A stretch of DNA of 63,622 bases, filler included, from Folioceros fuciformis (GCA_049999805.1; 9 parts of 9 records of this genome joined end to end with filler, not necessarily neighbours in it); one strand, 5' to 3'. Positions 23,090 to 35,509 are shown, counted from the whole stretch's first letter. Translations and numbers: made by a program. The notes: generated by a model not told the origin, from the letters alone.

Positions 23090-23689
23090 ATGACGAACCT
23101 AGCTTCTCTTCTCCTCCCCTCCCTCCTGGTCCTCGCCGTGGTTGGATCGTGGATTCCGACGGCCTCGACGTCCAAGCACCACAATCTCAAGCTCAGCCCT
23201 AAGGACGAGAAGTTCCTACAGCTCAAATTCTTCCTGCACGACGATCTGTTGGTGTCCAACGCTAGCGCCTTCTTCATTGTGCCTCCGCTGGCGGGCATCC
23301 CCAAAGAGTTTTCCCTGGAAGGCAAGGCGTTCTTCGGCGGCGTGGTGGTGATCGACGACCCATTGACGGAGGGCCCCGATCCCAAATCCAAGAACATTGG
23401 CCAGGCCAAGGGCTTCTACGTGTGGGACGCCCTTGTGGGCGGCTCTGCCTTGGAGTTCGTCTTCACTGCGGTGTTCAACAAAGCGAGCGGATTCCGCCCA
23501 GGCACCACTTTGTCTTACCGCGGCAACGACAACCTTCCTGCCGATGTGCGGGAGATCGCCATCGTGGGAGGCACCGGGGACTTGAGGCTCGCCCGAGGCT
23601 GGGCCCAGTTTTCCGTGACCAAGGCTGTCCAGTTCGCCGCCGTCCTCAACTTCACCTCCTCCGTCTTCCACGGTGGTTATGCATCGTGA
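23090..23689 (+). CDS. DIR: Dirigent-like protein, intronless, 199 aa, secreted
   Basis: Signal peptide; FFLHD, FGGVVVIDDPLTEGPD, GQAKGFY, REIAIVGGTGDLRLARG. Confidence 0.93.
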   Translation: MTNLASLLLPSLLVLAVVGSWIPTASTSKHHNLKLSPKDEKFLQLKFFLHDDLLVSNASAFFIVPPLAGIPKEFSLEGKAFFGGVVVIDDPLTEGPDPKSKNIGQAKGFYVWDALVGGSALEFVFTAVFNKASGFRPGTTLSYRGNDNLPADVREIAIVGGTGDLRLARGWAQFSVTKAVQFAAVLNFTSSVFHGGYAS

Positions 23690-25658
23690 ATCGATGATGT
23701 GGGCTACGCTTCCGCGGCCTGGTGAAGCACGTGATGACGGTGACTAGCTTGGTAGTCTAGATTTGTAGAACCAGTTTCCGAAAGGTGAATTCCTGAGTCA
23801 GCCGAGATTGATGTGTTCGATATCCGCAGCTTCTTCATGACTATGGATGAAGACTCCTCTAGCTTGATTTGAGCAGGAGATATTTATTCAGGCATGAATC
23901 TCCTCTCAGGACAATCGGATGAGCGCACTTAGGTAGAATCTTACGGAAACCAGAGACAGGCGAATGCGAATCACAACGTTGTGGAACATCCATTACATAC
24001 AGTAGTTGCATTTGTCACGCTTGAAACGTTTGAAGTCTTGTTGCTGCCGGAAAACCTGGTTTCCAACAACATTCCCTATGTTCCTCCGCAGTCACCAGGG
24101 GCCAATGGAATTACTGCATCTAGTCTCACGCTCACACGTATGCTGTGTACATCCGGTCCTGCCACCAGGCACTCCTCGTGGCACCGAAAAACATGATCCG
24201 AATGCAATCTTTCTTGTTCAAATCTTCTCCACGGTCCGAGTGCAACTTTTCAAGCATGTGACTACATTCTTTGCATGTGGCAAGTGTCTGTTATGGAGCA
24301 CGATGAAATAGCTTGCTTGTGGTGCATTTTTTTCTGGGAGGGACGACCTGTGGAAATGAAGTGGGGCTGGCCGATCTCGAAAGGCTTGAGATGCGCAGCC
24401 CATCGATCTGAAAAATACTGACCTCACTAAATCCCCTGCCTCCGCAAACACGCTAACCACGTTTTCGGATCTGGAGGTGAGGTGACCCACGCTAGACCAT
24501 AAAAACCACGCCGAGCTTCCCACTTTGCGCTTGGTTGTGGAGTCGTGGCCTTTCCTCAGTCATGGAAGCCGTGGGCGATTATGATTCACGGCGCCGACGG
24601 TTCCCTACGACAAAATCGCGGCCGCAGTCAAGAGAGAGAGGGAGGAGGCTAGAAGTGGACCAGGTTCAAAGTTGGGGAAATATTATAATGATCTATTTAA
24701 AACAGGCCCTCTGTAGTCATCTGTAATTTCGTGTTGGGTTCCATTTGTGTCGTGTCTACTCGCTGGTCTTCTTTCATTGAACCTGCCGCCCACGTGTCCT
24801 TTCCATCTTCCGCGCTTACACTTGAGTGTGGAAAAGCTGCACTCTTTTTAAAAAATATTAAATATATTTATAGATATTATTTATATATATTCTTTTTTAT
24901 CTATGTTTTCATGGTATCTTGACTATGATGTATCTTGACAATGTCCTGATATTAAATCCTATTCTCATTGGATTCTTTTTGTTTTGTAGAAGAGTTTGGA
25001 ACTTTGGGTTCATGTCATTGACTTGACATTACATAGAAGTGTGGTTAAGTAGTATAGGGTCTCCATTTTGAGTCTCTATGGAGTGCTATCTTTCCTCCTC
25101 GTCTAAATATAGTTTCCTTAGATTTTACATTTTCATCTTGCACTAAAGAGCAATCACCAAGACTTAACATATAACTACTAAAAGACTACTAGTCACCAAG
25201 ATTAGTGTTTCAAGATTGTCTACTGTGGTTTTGCAGAGATTCCTTAGTCCCATACTTTAGACTATTGAGAGTGTCCCAAAAACCAAGTTTGAACTTTGTT
25301 AGCCTAATTTAAATATTATACTTTATCTGAATTTATTTCTTTATAAAAAATAGAGCCATTAAAAACAAAGTCATGAAGGCTTGAGGCACTGATTGCTTGC
25401 ACTACAGCCACATCCATCTTCATGCCAATAGGAACAAGGCTACTACAAGGGCCAGGATGTTAATATACGGGATGAAGGGAGTGTTGTGGAGTGGGACACA
25501 AGAAAGAGGGGCTCCAACACCTCTTTGAAATGTAAATGTGGTGCTCTCGATACAAGCAACTCACTTTGGTTTAGATGAGTCATGAAGCAAAGCTGTGTTC
25601 CCATATCAATGGTGGGGGCTGGTGTGGAGCTCTTGCTTATCTAGCTATGGCTAAATTG

Positions 25659-25902
25659 GATAGGATAGCAATGGTGTGCAAGGGGAAGGACCCAATGCCA
25701 ATGAAATTGCTATCTAGCCTATGGCTAAATTGGATAGCAATGGTGTGCAAGGCCAAGGACCCAATACCAACGAAATTGCTATCTAGTCTATGGGATAGCA
25801 ATGGTGTGCAAGGCCAAGGACCCAATACCAACGAAATTGCTATCTAGTCTATAGGATAGCAATGGTGTGCAAGGAGAAGGACCTAATGCAAATGAAATTG
25901 CT
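25659..25902. repeat. ~60-bp tandem repeat, 4 copies
   Basis: GGATAGCAATGGTGTGCAAGG...GAAATTGCTATCTAG unit. Confidence 0.9.
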
Positions 25903-26386
25903 TTGTCCGACTTAGGAACAACTTCTGATTGTAGCAAAAGGTGAAAGAGTATTAGCCCCATGTAAGTTCAAAGTGTAGAGGTTGGAGGCTTGTTGATTTC
26001 CTCACTCCAGGAAAGAGATGGTATGAAACCACTCTTGCCCATGAAGAGGGTGACTTTAGTGACTGGTTCTATTATCTAAATAGGTGGCATAGAAAGGAAG
26101 CAAGGAGTCCCTCCTTACCTTGTAGGACAGGGGATGAATCCCTAGCTTCATATGTATGCTTGTAGATAGCACCCTAAACCCTAAACATGTGTTTTATTTT
26201 TTCTTGTGAACAATACTTGTGTTTCTCTACATAGTTTTAGTATTCATATGTGTCACTATTTCAATTTTCCGGGTTATATGCATGTGTAGGGGCATTTTTT
26301 AAGTTTGAATGTGTTTTAAAATTTTGGGGTATTTTAAGTTTCAGTATCTAATATTATTATTTTAGGTTAGGGTTTAGGTCCACACT

Positions 26387-26550
26387 ACTATTTGATGAGG
26401 CTATTTGAACTAGGCTATTTGACGAGGGTATTTGAACCAGGCTATTTGACAAGGATATTTGAACTAGGCTACTTGATGAGGGTATTTGAACCATGCTATT
26501 TGACAAGGGTATTTGAACTAGGCTACTTGACGAGGGCATTTGAACTAGGC
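26387..26550. repeat. 27-bp tandem repeat, ~6 copies
   Basis: CTATTTGACGAGGGTATTTGAACTAGG unit. Confidence 0.9.
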
Positions 26551-28898
26551 CCTTCGTGGATATAAAAATAACAATGATAATAGAACTAAGTAAGGATGGA
26601 TAATAGAACTAAGTAAGAATGGATGACTTGAAGGGAAAGGACCCTAAACCCCTAAAGAAGAAGAGAACATGACTCTAGATAAAGGAGAGGAATGTATGTC
26701 ATCATTGTAAAATAAAAATAGATAAGTAAATAATCCATAACTATTTAGTTATAGATAAAAAGCCTACGCAACTGCAGCAAAATGCAAGAGAGGAAAGGGA
26801 AACTCAACAAAATGCAAGAGAGGAATGGGAAACTCACCAAAATGTCTGTTGGGGCTGTTTGCCGGGCGTTCGTGACTGCCCGACTCGCCTCGTGCCGGAG
26901 GCGGATTGAAGACTTCTTGAGTGGGATGATGATGTCGAATCCTGGCAGTGGAAGCTGTGCAGTGGGGAAATCTTACTCGCATCATGGTGAACAGGTTCCG
27001 AAAACTGCGCTGGGCATCGTACAAAGGTACACCGGACAGACGAGAGTATTCGACTCTTGGCATGTTTTATGACCTCCTGGTCCTGCCTCTTGCCTCTGTG
27101 GGTAGCGCTTGGAGATGAAGACATGGTAGAGACGGAAATGCTGGTTTGGTAGCTGGTTGCAGCTCGTGTGCTTTTTCTCGCAGGTGAGGGGAATAGTGAC
27201 CTGTTTGTTGCCTGGAGCAGGACGTGGCTAAGGACGCAGCTGGCAGTCTCGTTCATTTGTCTCAAGACTTCAAATTCACGGAGATGATGCTGGCTAAGGG
27301 CGTAGTTGAGCGGTGAGCTCCAGCTGCAGCAGGCTCCAGTGACCAGGCTGTATGTGACGCTGCTTGTGTATTTGAGCCACCTTTGAGAAGGGAGACTCCA
27401 TTATGCTGCGGGTGAGAGATTTGTGAGTGGTTTCCTTTCGCTGTCATGTGTGACTGCCCTGGTTTGCCTTTTGAAACTAGGTTAGAACTTCATGGTGTGA
27501 CTTCTACGTGATTTCGTCGAAAGGCAACCCTGAGGACTCGTCCTCAATCTTGTCCACGCAGGCTGCAGATGAAAAGCTGACAGCCTTGTTTGTGAGCCTG
27601 TTGGTGAGGACCTGCAGCTTGTTGGATCCAGAGGATGAGGACGGTGAGCTTTACGTTTGTGCTTCAAAGACAATCAAAACATTCATTTTGCAATTCATAT
27701 TGTGATGCAGTGCGGGAAGGCATTCTGGTGCAGAGCATGCGCTGAGTTGGTGACTGTAACAGGAAGGGGGTGGAAATCCTTATTATGCTTTCGCCTCAGA
27801 TGGATTCCAAGAGCGAAATCCGGAAGAAAGGGGTATATCCATCTCTTATACCTTTGAGTCTGACAAATATATGGCTAGCTTGCTAGAGGTTTCTCAGTGC
27901 CTATGGCCTGCTCTACTGTTCCCTCTCGTCGGAAGTCGCGTATCACTATGTCGCGTGTCACTGCAAGTAACTTTGGTCATAGGTCCTGCTTGATTGATGG
28001 GTCACTTCCATAGGCTTTGTGTTGTATCTAGCCATATGAAAGTCCAGAGGAGGAACACGCAACGTTTCACCGGAGCTAGTATGTCCCTTGTCCATGGAAC
28101 GTGAATTAGAAGTGGGCCCCAAAATACGGCTGGAGGCTGTAGAGTCAATCTATTTGATAGTGCAGTAGGTGCACCCTTTGTCTCAATGCTTGATTTATAC
28201 AGTGGGCACATTTAAGGAAGTCCTCATGACGAGTTGAAGGTACTGAATATGCAGGAGGAAGGGACAACAGGCTTTTCAGTCGGTAAATGGGCTAACAGTT
28301 AGTGAGCGGGGTTTTGAAGATGAAGCCGAGCCCGAAGTGTGCAGTGCTTTAGAAAGGTTGGGGTCCCTGTTGCGTGAAATTTTGAGTACTTTATGTCTAT
28401 GCAGGGGGTAACAGCGCTCTCCAAGAAGTAACATTCGCTATTGCGCAGATCTTGAGCTTTTGCAGGGGAAGCATGGAATCTGTGTACAAATTGACAACGA
28501 CGCTGATATTCAGATGGCTGAGGTCAAGCGACTTTCGTACTTAGCAGGACTGCCAACAGGTTGTGTCCCGGGTATCGGTTCATGGCATAGGAACTGACCC
28601 GAGAGTGGCACTTCAGCAGCCGGAAACTGGTGGTAGTGCAGCCCTCCGTACTAATTTTTAGTAGATTTGTTATAATCGCATCACCTAACGTCGATCTGAT
28701 TCCCTCCTGTTCGTGACAGAATGGACAGAAAACGGGGTACTCTGCGGACTCGCCGTGAGCATTGAGTGCACGCGGATTTACAGGTGAGTCAATACAGAAC
28801 ATGCAAACAGTCTGTTATCGGAAATGAAACTACCGAAGCAACTACAGTTCTAGGACCAACTCTTTGGCTGCGTTGAGCGAGTCCCTGTTCAATCGGTT

Positions 28899-30689
28899 TC
28901 ATGTACGTACTTCCACTGGAAGCAATAGTGATGTGAGGCCAGCTTCTGGAGCTCGTCTTGTTCCCTTCTCCAAATCATAACCGTTTTCGAAATCAGGGCT
29001 TTTCTCCAGATCAGCACCCTCCTCCTCTGCCATTGGACTTCTCATCATGGACTGAGTCTGCCAGGCAATCTTTCGACCCCACGTAACGAGGTACAGGCCC
29101 ATCACTATCCCAGCCCCCCCAAGAATGCTGTTCATGGATACAGAGAATGAGTACTAATCGTCCATGTTCTGATTGGTTTAAACGCAAACAAGTAGCAAAC
29201 AAGTAATTTGAACGACTAACCTGCCGAAATATAATGGGTCGCCCAGGAAGATGACGGCCAAAGGTAATGCCACCAAGGACTGGAGGGGAGTGCAAGCTGC
29301 TGTGAGGATGGGCCCTCCCATCCGGATACACCATGCTTGTAGGGTGTATGCTAAGGCAGAAGAAATTAGGCCCTGTATCGAGAATCACGGGTGACTTCAG
29401 TGATCCAGTAGTCGGCGAAGCAACGGCAAACATGATCAAGAGCCTGGACTCACCGCGTAAGCAACTGCTAGGAGGGGTAATCCTCCCTGCAAAGGCAAGA
29501 CGGAAATCTCTCTCTCTACCGCAATTGCTGCGCCCCCAAACTGCATTGCTCCAAATAAGTAAGTGAACGCTAGAACCGTGAGCGGCGCGGGATATTCCTC
29601 TTGAATAGGGGCCTGCATGCTATTAAACGCGTCACTGACAACGTTCTAGCTCATGGATGTGCCGAAGTTCAATCTCAACTTCTCAGAGCTAGCCTGCAAG
29701 GTGAGATATGTCGCCCAGAAGACGGCGTTCGTTATGCAAAGCAATGCACCGATTTGCCAGTCGCTCCAGTCTACTGAGGCGTGCGAGTTCAGCCACTGAG
29801 CAAGGGTAGTGGCATTCACATTCAGCGGCATAGTCTCCACAATCCCATCCTGCAACAAGCCAGAGCTTGGATGTCCTACGAGGAGCGCGCCCTTGAACAT
29901 GGTCATGATCACGACTCCCGACATGCATATAATTGTGCCGATGACTTTTGCCACTCCATCCAGTCGTCGTATATGCACCTGCTCCACTCTGCATCATATT
30001 AACGTGTTTAGCAGAGAAACGTGGAGATCCTCTAAGTGAAGTGCTGCTGGCGCGGCTCAGGCTGCCGGCAGGTACGCGTGCCCATATGCTCACCCCATGG
30101 CAGAAGCCACGATGAAAGTGAACACTGGAACAGAGTTCTGAAGTGCTGATGCAAGGGCCGAGGAGGAGGACTCAGCTCCTGCCAAGAAGAGGGATTGTGA
30201 AGAAAAAAGCCTGCAAACAAGGACGGTGAGGATGGAAGTAGTAAGTCAGAAGGCCACTATCACGAACACGACATTCCTACCAGGGAGCTTTGCCGATGTC
30301 AACAGAAATTGAATGCGGACGATTGTCTCACCCGATAAACGACAGCATAAGGAACTTAAACACAAGTTTCCAAGTAAGGCGAGGCCGTGTCCTCCTGCAC
30401 AGCACACAATTCAAAGCAGCAGGCCCCTAAACCCTTTCCAGAATCTCTTCTAATAGAAACAAATGACCAAGATGAGGAGCCCCAAAGGAAACCCAAATCA
30501 CCTTTCAAAAATCAACGCAGCGGGGACAAGCAACGCCAGAGCAAAGACACTCCTGTAGAAGGAGAAGGCGAAAAATTTGACGCCATTGTCGAGAGCCATT
30601 CGAGACAATATCTGGTATGAAGCAAAGATCGTTTGGAGAACAAAGAAGCCAAGAGGTAGCCGGATTCGCCGAAGCCAAGGTGTCACCAT
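28899..30689 (-). CDS. WAT1/UMAMIT (nodulin MtN21, EamA) transporter, predicted 400 aa, 7 exons (30689-30502, 30394-30332, 30210-30094, 29988-29694, 29612-29454, 29372-29221, 29127-28899)
   Basis: FYRSVFA..ER|RTRPRLT, ASALQNSVPVFTF, GVAKVIGT, WQIGALL, YPAPL, QAWCIRMGGP, FLGDPLYFGS, GLYLVTWG; exons sum to 1203 nt in frame; intron 4 needs a GC donor. Confidence 0.92.
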
Positions 30690-31445
30690 CTTCGGTCCCA
30701 GAAATGCCACCACACTCCCAGCTCGTGTCCCGTACCAGCTCTTTGGTCAGAAGCTCGTCAATTCCTGCAACGGTGACCAACTCCCTGCCAAGTGCTACAA
30801 GTTAGTGTCAGGCTACCAGAATTCAGCACAGCACGAGTACAAGAAATATTTGCTGGTCAGGGCCTCAATCCAAGCTTAATGCAGGCACGAGTCCTCGGGA
30901 CTTCTCAGCCGAGTCCAGGCTGAGGAACGGGTGCGAATTAATATCACACGGTCGTGCAGCTGGATGCCGAGTAAAAAGGAGGCAGATCTCAGCTCTCTTG
31001 TCCAGCAGCAATGAAGAAGAACGTATTTTATGTTTAACGTATTAAGAACGTATTTTATGCCACCACCAAAGTATACCTTTCTCACTAACAAAGGCTTTTA
31101 ATATGTGGGGATGGGGGAGCAAGCCATTTGGGGCCTTTTTGATGTCACAAGACTTGCCAAGATATGTACAGTATGTATCTAGCTCAATGGCAAAGCAACG
31201 TACTGTAGTTTTAATAACCCCATGGCAATTTATAATCACAAGGTAAAACTGCCCAAATAGTGCTAATCTGGGATTGTTGGTTGCGATTTGACAGATGTAG
31301 AAAAAATTAGGACCATATAAGTCCTCTTTTACGTGCATGGGCTGTTTTAGTATCCACCGTCTTCTAAGCTCGGTTAATTGTCTGGTGGTACGAATTACTT
31401 TTATAAACAAAGGTGCATTGAGTGGTTGTAGTTTGGTGTGCTACC

Positions 31446-32100
31446 TATGGCATACCAAAGGGGACACTCTCTCACTATACATTTTTTAATGCTTTCCCAT
31501 GAGGTATTTACCCGGATATTCCCTTTTGATGCCCATATTTTTCTTGTCCGTTTTGGTAATCGACCAAACCGGACTCCACACCAAAGGGGACATGGAAAAA
31601 ACACCACAACTCTTCGTTTTCATGTACACACTTTGTAAATTTGTCATACAGGTTTCCTCGACCAAACCGGACTCCACACCAAAGGGTACATGGAAAAAAC
31701 ACAACAACTCTTCGTTTTCATGTTCACACTTTGTAAATTTGTCATACAGGTTTCCTGTTCCCTAGGGTTGGATCTTCATAGAATATTCTCTTTCTAGGGT
31801 TGGAGCTTCACAGAATATTCTCCCAACTGGATCTAGATAGAATATTCCCAATTTTAGGGTTTGCATGGTATAGCATGAGGCTAGATGGTAGGAAGGGGGG
31901 GGGGGTTGGATGACAGGTTTTTTTTTTGATCTGAGGAAAAGTGTTTCAAGTGGCCTCCACACAAGTTTTTTCACATGCATCTGTCAATTGTCCGGTTTGG
32001 TTTTGGCCCTCAAACTCGCGTACACGCCAAAGAGGACGCATAACCCGTGTGTTTGTAGAAAAACCTAGAGAGAGGGGGCGTGTCCCTTTGGTATGCCATA
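31446..32100. mobile_element. Non-autonomous TIR element, hAT-like
   Basis: TIR TATGGCATACCAAAGGG(G)ACAC / GTGTCCCTTTGGTATGCCATA; GCTACCTA at 31440-31447 and 32101-32108 (8-bp TSD overlapping the left TIR by TA); internal ~98-bp tandem duplication. Confidence 0.8.
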
Positions 32101-33002
32101 GCTACCTACTATTTTGGTGCACGAAGGTTCAGACTAAAGGTAACGAAGTTGAACGTAGGTGGAAACTAATGCAACTTAGGCTCCAATCAGTGCCCCCTTG
32201 ACGTGAGAGGATTCAGTACAACAGACGCGAAGGGATTTACAGTTCCTCAACTAGCCTGGGACGCAAGGTCTGACCTGAAAGCTACAGCGCATGAAGTGGT
32301 CCACATCTGGGCAGGGTGAGGATGGTTCATGTCTTTTACAATAGGAGATAGGCTAGAGGTTTCTTTCTCATGGCAGACTCTGGGTCCTAGTGGAGTCTGC
32401 AAGACTGCGGAATCGGTAGAGGCCTTGGCTCCGAAAGAGGAAGAGCGAGTGAGTCATGCAGTCAGCCTGAACGGCCTAGGAGATCGACCATGGCACGTGG
32501 GGACTCACTATGGGGCTGATGCCGTGGTTTGTGATCATGACGTGAAAGTGTGCAGTGCTCATTCGTGCCGTATGATAGTCAGTACGGCTAGCAACCTATT
32601 GCCATCTGGCTATTACCCATTCATCGTCTCCCAGGCTGGGAAGCAAGTTGCAAACATCTCCACTGACGCCATTTCACCCACTCCACCCGACACCCTCTGA
32701 GCATCCTCCAAGTGGCCTTGAGGAGGCACGCAGGCAATCCTCTTGCACAGATTTGGCTGCTGTTGCTTGCGAGTGCTCCACAAACGACCACGCGGGTGGA
32801 TCCCGAGAATGAGACTGAATTCCATTCTAGTTCAGCTTTGGTACGATGAGAGCCACAACAACTAGCAGATATCACGTCATCGCGGTTAAGGAAAAATTCC
32901 AAGCACAAAGGTGATGATAGAAGCAGCTTGTCTGGCCGCAGCAGAAGAGATGTGATCGGCAGGCTACAGATCACGACGAGAAGTGAAAGCTATGAGTTGT
33001 GA

Positions 33003-33143
33003 CCGAGCAAGGGGCTTTCCATGCTTACCATTTTTTAACACCGAGTAAGGGGCTTTCCATGCTTACCCTTTTTTAACACCGAGCGTGGGGCTTTCCGTGC
33101 TTACCCTATTTTAACACCGAGCAAGGGGCTTTCCTTCCGTGCT
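33003..33143. repeat. ~38-bp tandem repeat at scaffold end
   Basis: ACCGAGCAAGGGGCTTTCCATGCTTACC..TTTTAAC unit, about 4 copies. Confidence 0.9.
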
Positions 33144-33243
33144 NNNNNNNNNNNNNNNNNNNNNNNNNNNNNNNNNNNNNNNNNNNNTTAATTAATTAAN
33201 NNNNNNNNNNNNNNNNNNNNNNNNNNNNNNNNNNNNNNNNNNN
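33144..33243. other. Artificial scaffold spacer
   Basis: N44-TTAATTAATTAA-N44. Confidence 0.98.
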
Positions 33244-33263
33244 GAGGCAAAGGATCCTATAGG

Positions 33264-34199
33264 ATGGAGAGAGGCGAACCGTCCTCAAGTGGTGGAGGAC
33301 TGACCAGTCAGGTTGAGGCATTGACGAGGAGGCTAGCCGAGTTGGAGGTGAAGGCTGTACGCAACCAAGCACCAAGGAGGTCACCTTCACCGGGTCGGCA
33401 GCTAGTGTACTGTTCTATTTGTCACCAATCAGGACACACCCACCAAGAGTGCACTAGGGCTCCCCGCCACGCCGTCAACCAAGTGGACACCTACCTACCA
33501 GGAGACTATTGGTACGTGGATGACTCCTACCAGGTACAGGCTGTGACTGCTCCTCGACCACCACAGTCCATTCGGCCATCTTTCCAACCACCAGGACCTC
33601 CTGGAATGAGGTATGGTCCTCGTCCAGTATCTCCAAGCCATTGGAGGCCAGATCCGTCCCAGCGTCCACAAGTGGTGGCAGCAGGTTGTTGTTTTAATTG
33701 TGGCTTGCCAGGACACTATGCTAACGAGTGCACAGAGCCACGTAGGCAACTTGGATTTGTGCCGTTTTGTCAGGTGTGTAAGGATCCAGGGCACAGGGCT
33801 GGGGATCCAAGGTGTTCGGGCATCCCTAGGCCTGCGCTGCCTAGATCCGGAGTGAGGATCACGGAGGCACCGCAAGAGGGACTTCCTCCTGCGGTGGAGA
33901 CAACAACTCCGGTGACAAGCACACCTGTGTTGTCGGTGGAGGCTGAGGAGGAGCCTTTGATTGACTCTCAAGCATTTTCTGGCATTGTGGAGGAGGGATA
34001 TTCAGGCGAAGCTAGCGATGGTGAAGAAGTCATGGTGGCAAGGGTCACCACTCGTTCTGAACGTCGTTATCGGGAGAGGACGAAGAAGGAAGAGAAGAGA
34101 AGGAGGAGAGAACGTGACAACACTCCTAAACCATCGGAGGCAAGGGAGGAACCACTCATCCAGCAAGGGAAGAATGATGTGTCAACTGGACAAGAGTGA
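33264..34199 (+). CDS. gag: Gag C-terminal fragment with three CCHC zinc knuckles (probably gypsy)
   Basis: CSICHQSGHTHQEC, CFNCGLPGHYANEC, CQVCKDPGHRAGDPRC; VTTRS motif; cut off by an LTR fragment. Confidence 0.75.
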   Translation: MERGEPSSSGGGLTSQVEALTRRLAELEVKAVRNQAPRRSPSPGRQLVYCSICHQSGHTHQECTRAPRHAVNQVDTYLPGDYWYVDDSYQVQAVTAPRPPQSIRPSFQPPGPPGMRYGPRPVSPSHWRPDPSQRPQVVAAGCCFNCGLPGHYANECTEPRRQLGFVPFCQVCKDPGHRAGDPRCSGIPRPALPRSGVRITEAPQEGLPPAVETTTPVTSTPVLSVEAEEEPLIDSQAFSGIVEEGYSGEASDGEEVMVARVTTRSERRYRERTKKEEKRRRRERDNTPKPSEAREEPLIQQGKNDVSTGQE

Positions 34200-34448
34200 G
34201 TTTGTGGGCACCGAGAGAGGTGCAGCTGACCGCCGGACAGCGAGGCCTGTCCTACGCCTGATCGGAGCTGGAGGGGAGCCCTCGAATCCATCATCGAGTT
34301 CATCAAGTCCGACCCTCCATCCACAGCAGCAAGGAACCCCATCGCTCCTTCGTGGGAACGAAACCCAATGTCTCAACGACAGTGGGATAAGTGTGGCCAC
34401 TAAAGGTGGGACCCGTCGGCAATCAGTGCCCGGGGTTTTGCCTCCACA
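34194..34448 (+). repeat. Terminal fragment of the same LTR family as 39091-40341
   Basis: High similarity to 40087-40341, ending ...CTCCACA. Confidence 0.88.
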
Positions 34449-34489
34449 GGGGTGCCCGGTTGCATGTCACCTGTTTTTCAAGCAGACTC

Positions 34490-35509
34490 CTACAGCGCTG
34501 AATCCACTGTTGCCCTGGTGACGCGCGCACTGACCTTCCTCCTCTTTGCGGGGGTCTTCCGTCCAGCCCATGCCTTCCTTTTCCTACTGACGGTCGCCTC
34601 TTCTTCCAAACTCCCCGTTGGTCCAAACTCCCAGCTGCAGGATTTGGCCGCCTCCTTGGGCTCCTCCGGCTTCCACTTGACCTCTTGAACGGGCTTCCAC
34701 ATGTGCAGAGAGGCCACCACTTCTAACTCTAGCAGGCTATTAGTATAGGAATACAAATTGACCAGGAAGGGTGAGATTTGAGACGAACAAGGGGTTGGAT
34801 AAGTCAAATTCTACCTCTCCTCATTTAGTTGGTCGAAGATAATTTTCCCCCAGTTGATCCTGCTCCCCTTGACCACTTCGTGCAGGAACAGCAATATGTG
34901 GTTCGACAGGTAGTCTTGCTTCTTGTGCTGCAAAAAACACAGGAGCCACTTGGCCAAACCCATGAGTTTGGCAGCCGCCATCTCCCGTGCCAGCCAGCCG
35001 TTGGCCTCCCTTCCAATTCTTGTTTTGAACAATGCTATTGCCGCCACCGTGGTGCTGCGCTTCCTCACGGACTTGATCACGAGTCCCCCGCCTTCCTCTT
35101 GACTTCGCCCATACACCATCCTGACCAGTTCGACGTCCCAATCCTAGGGTCTCTCCTTGGTTCCTTCCCCTTTGGTCCTGTTCTGCAGTCGGTGCACGCA
35201 CTCCTGCACCAGAGCGGGGGTCACATGGTTCCACCTTTTGGCCATGAACCCGAGGCCTAGCTCCTCTACCAGCCCTCCAGCCCTGGCCTTCCAATGGTCC
35301 ATGTTAGGCCAGAGGGCTACCTCCACTTGAGGCAACGGCTCCAGCGCGGTGTCCCTAGACGACTTCGCCGGCGCCAAGTTCGTGATCACCCCCTCCATCA
35401 GTCTCCGCTCCACAGTCGCCCTGGGCGCCGCCGCCTCTCCTGCTAACAGTGCGCTCTGCTCCCCTTCTGGCCTGTCCAGGCAATCGCCGCGCTCAGGCTC
35501 CACTTGCAT
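34490..35509 (-). pseudogene. Accessory ORF downstream of gypsy integrase (disrupted)
   Basis: ORFs 35144-35509, 34811-35119 and 34490-34807 tile one reading (WNHVTPALVQEC, INWGKIIFDQL, ISPFLVNLY, basic RKRK tail), same strand as the integrase. Confidence 0.55.

Noticed and set aside
25659-26550. Repeat arrays resembling CRISPR
   Set aside because: Contiguous tandem units without unique spacers, no cas genes, eukaryotic context
26172-26656. CCCTAAA/TTTAGGG motifs as a telomere
   Set aside because: Only about two units per patch, in mixed orientation; common interstitial motifs
26760-27860. GC-richer segment with short ORFs, possibly a decayed gene
   Set aside because: No motif or consistent frame that I can recognise
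16007-30689. Dirigent, lipocalin, GH3 and WAT1 as a biosynthetic or auxin gene cluster
   Set aside because: GH3 is a truncated pseudogene, no shared pathway is established, and no expression or synteny evidence is available here
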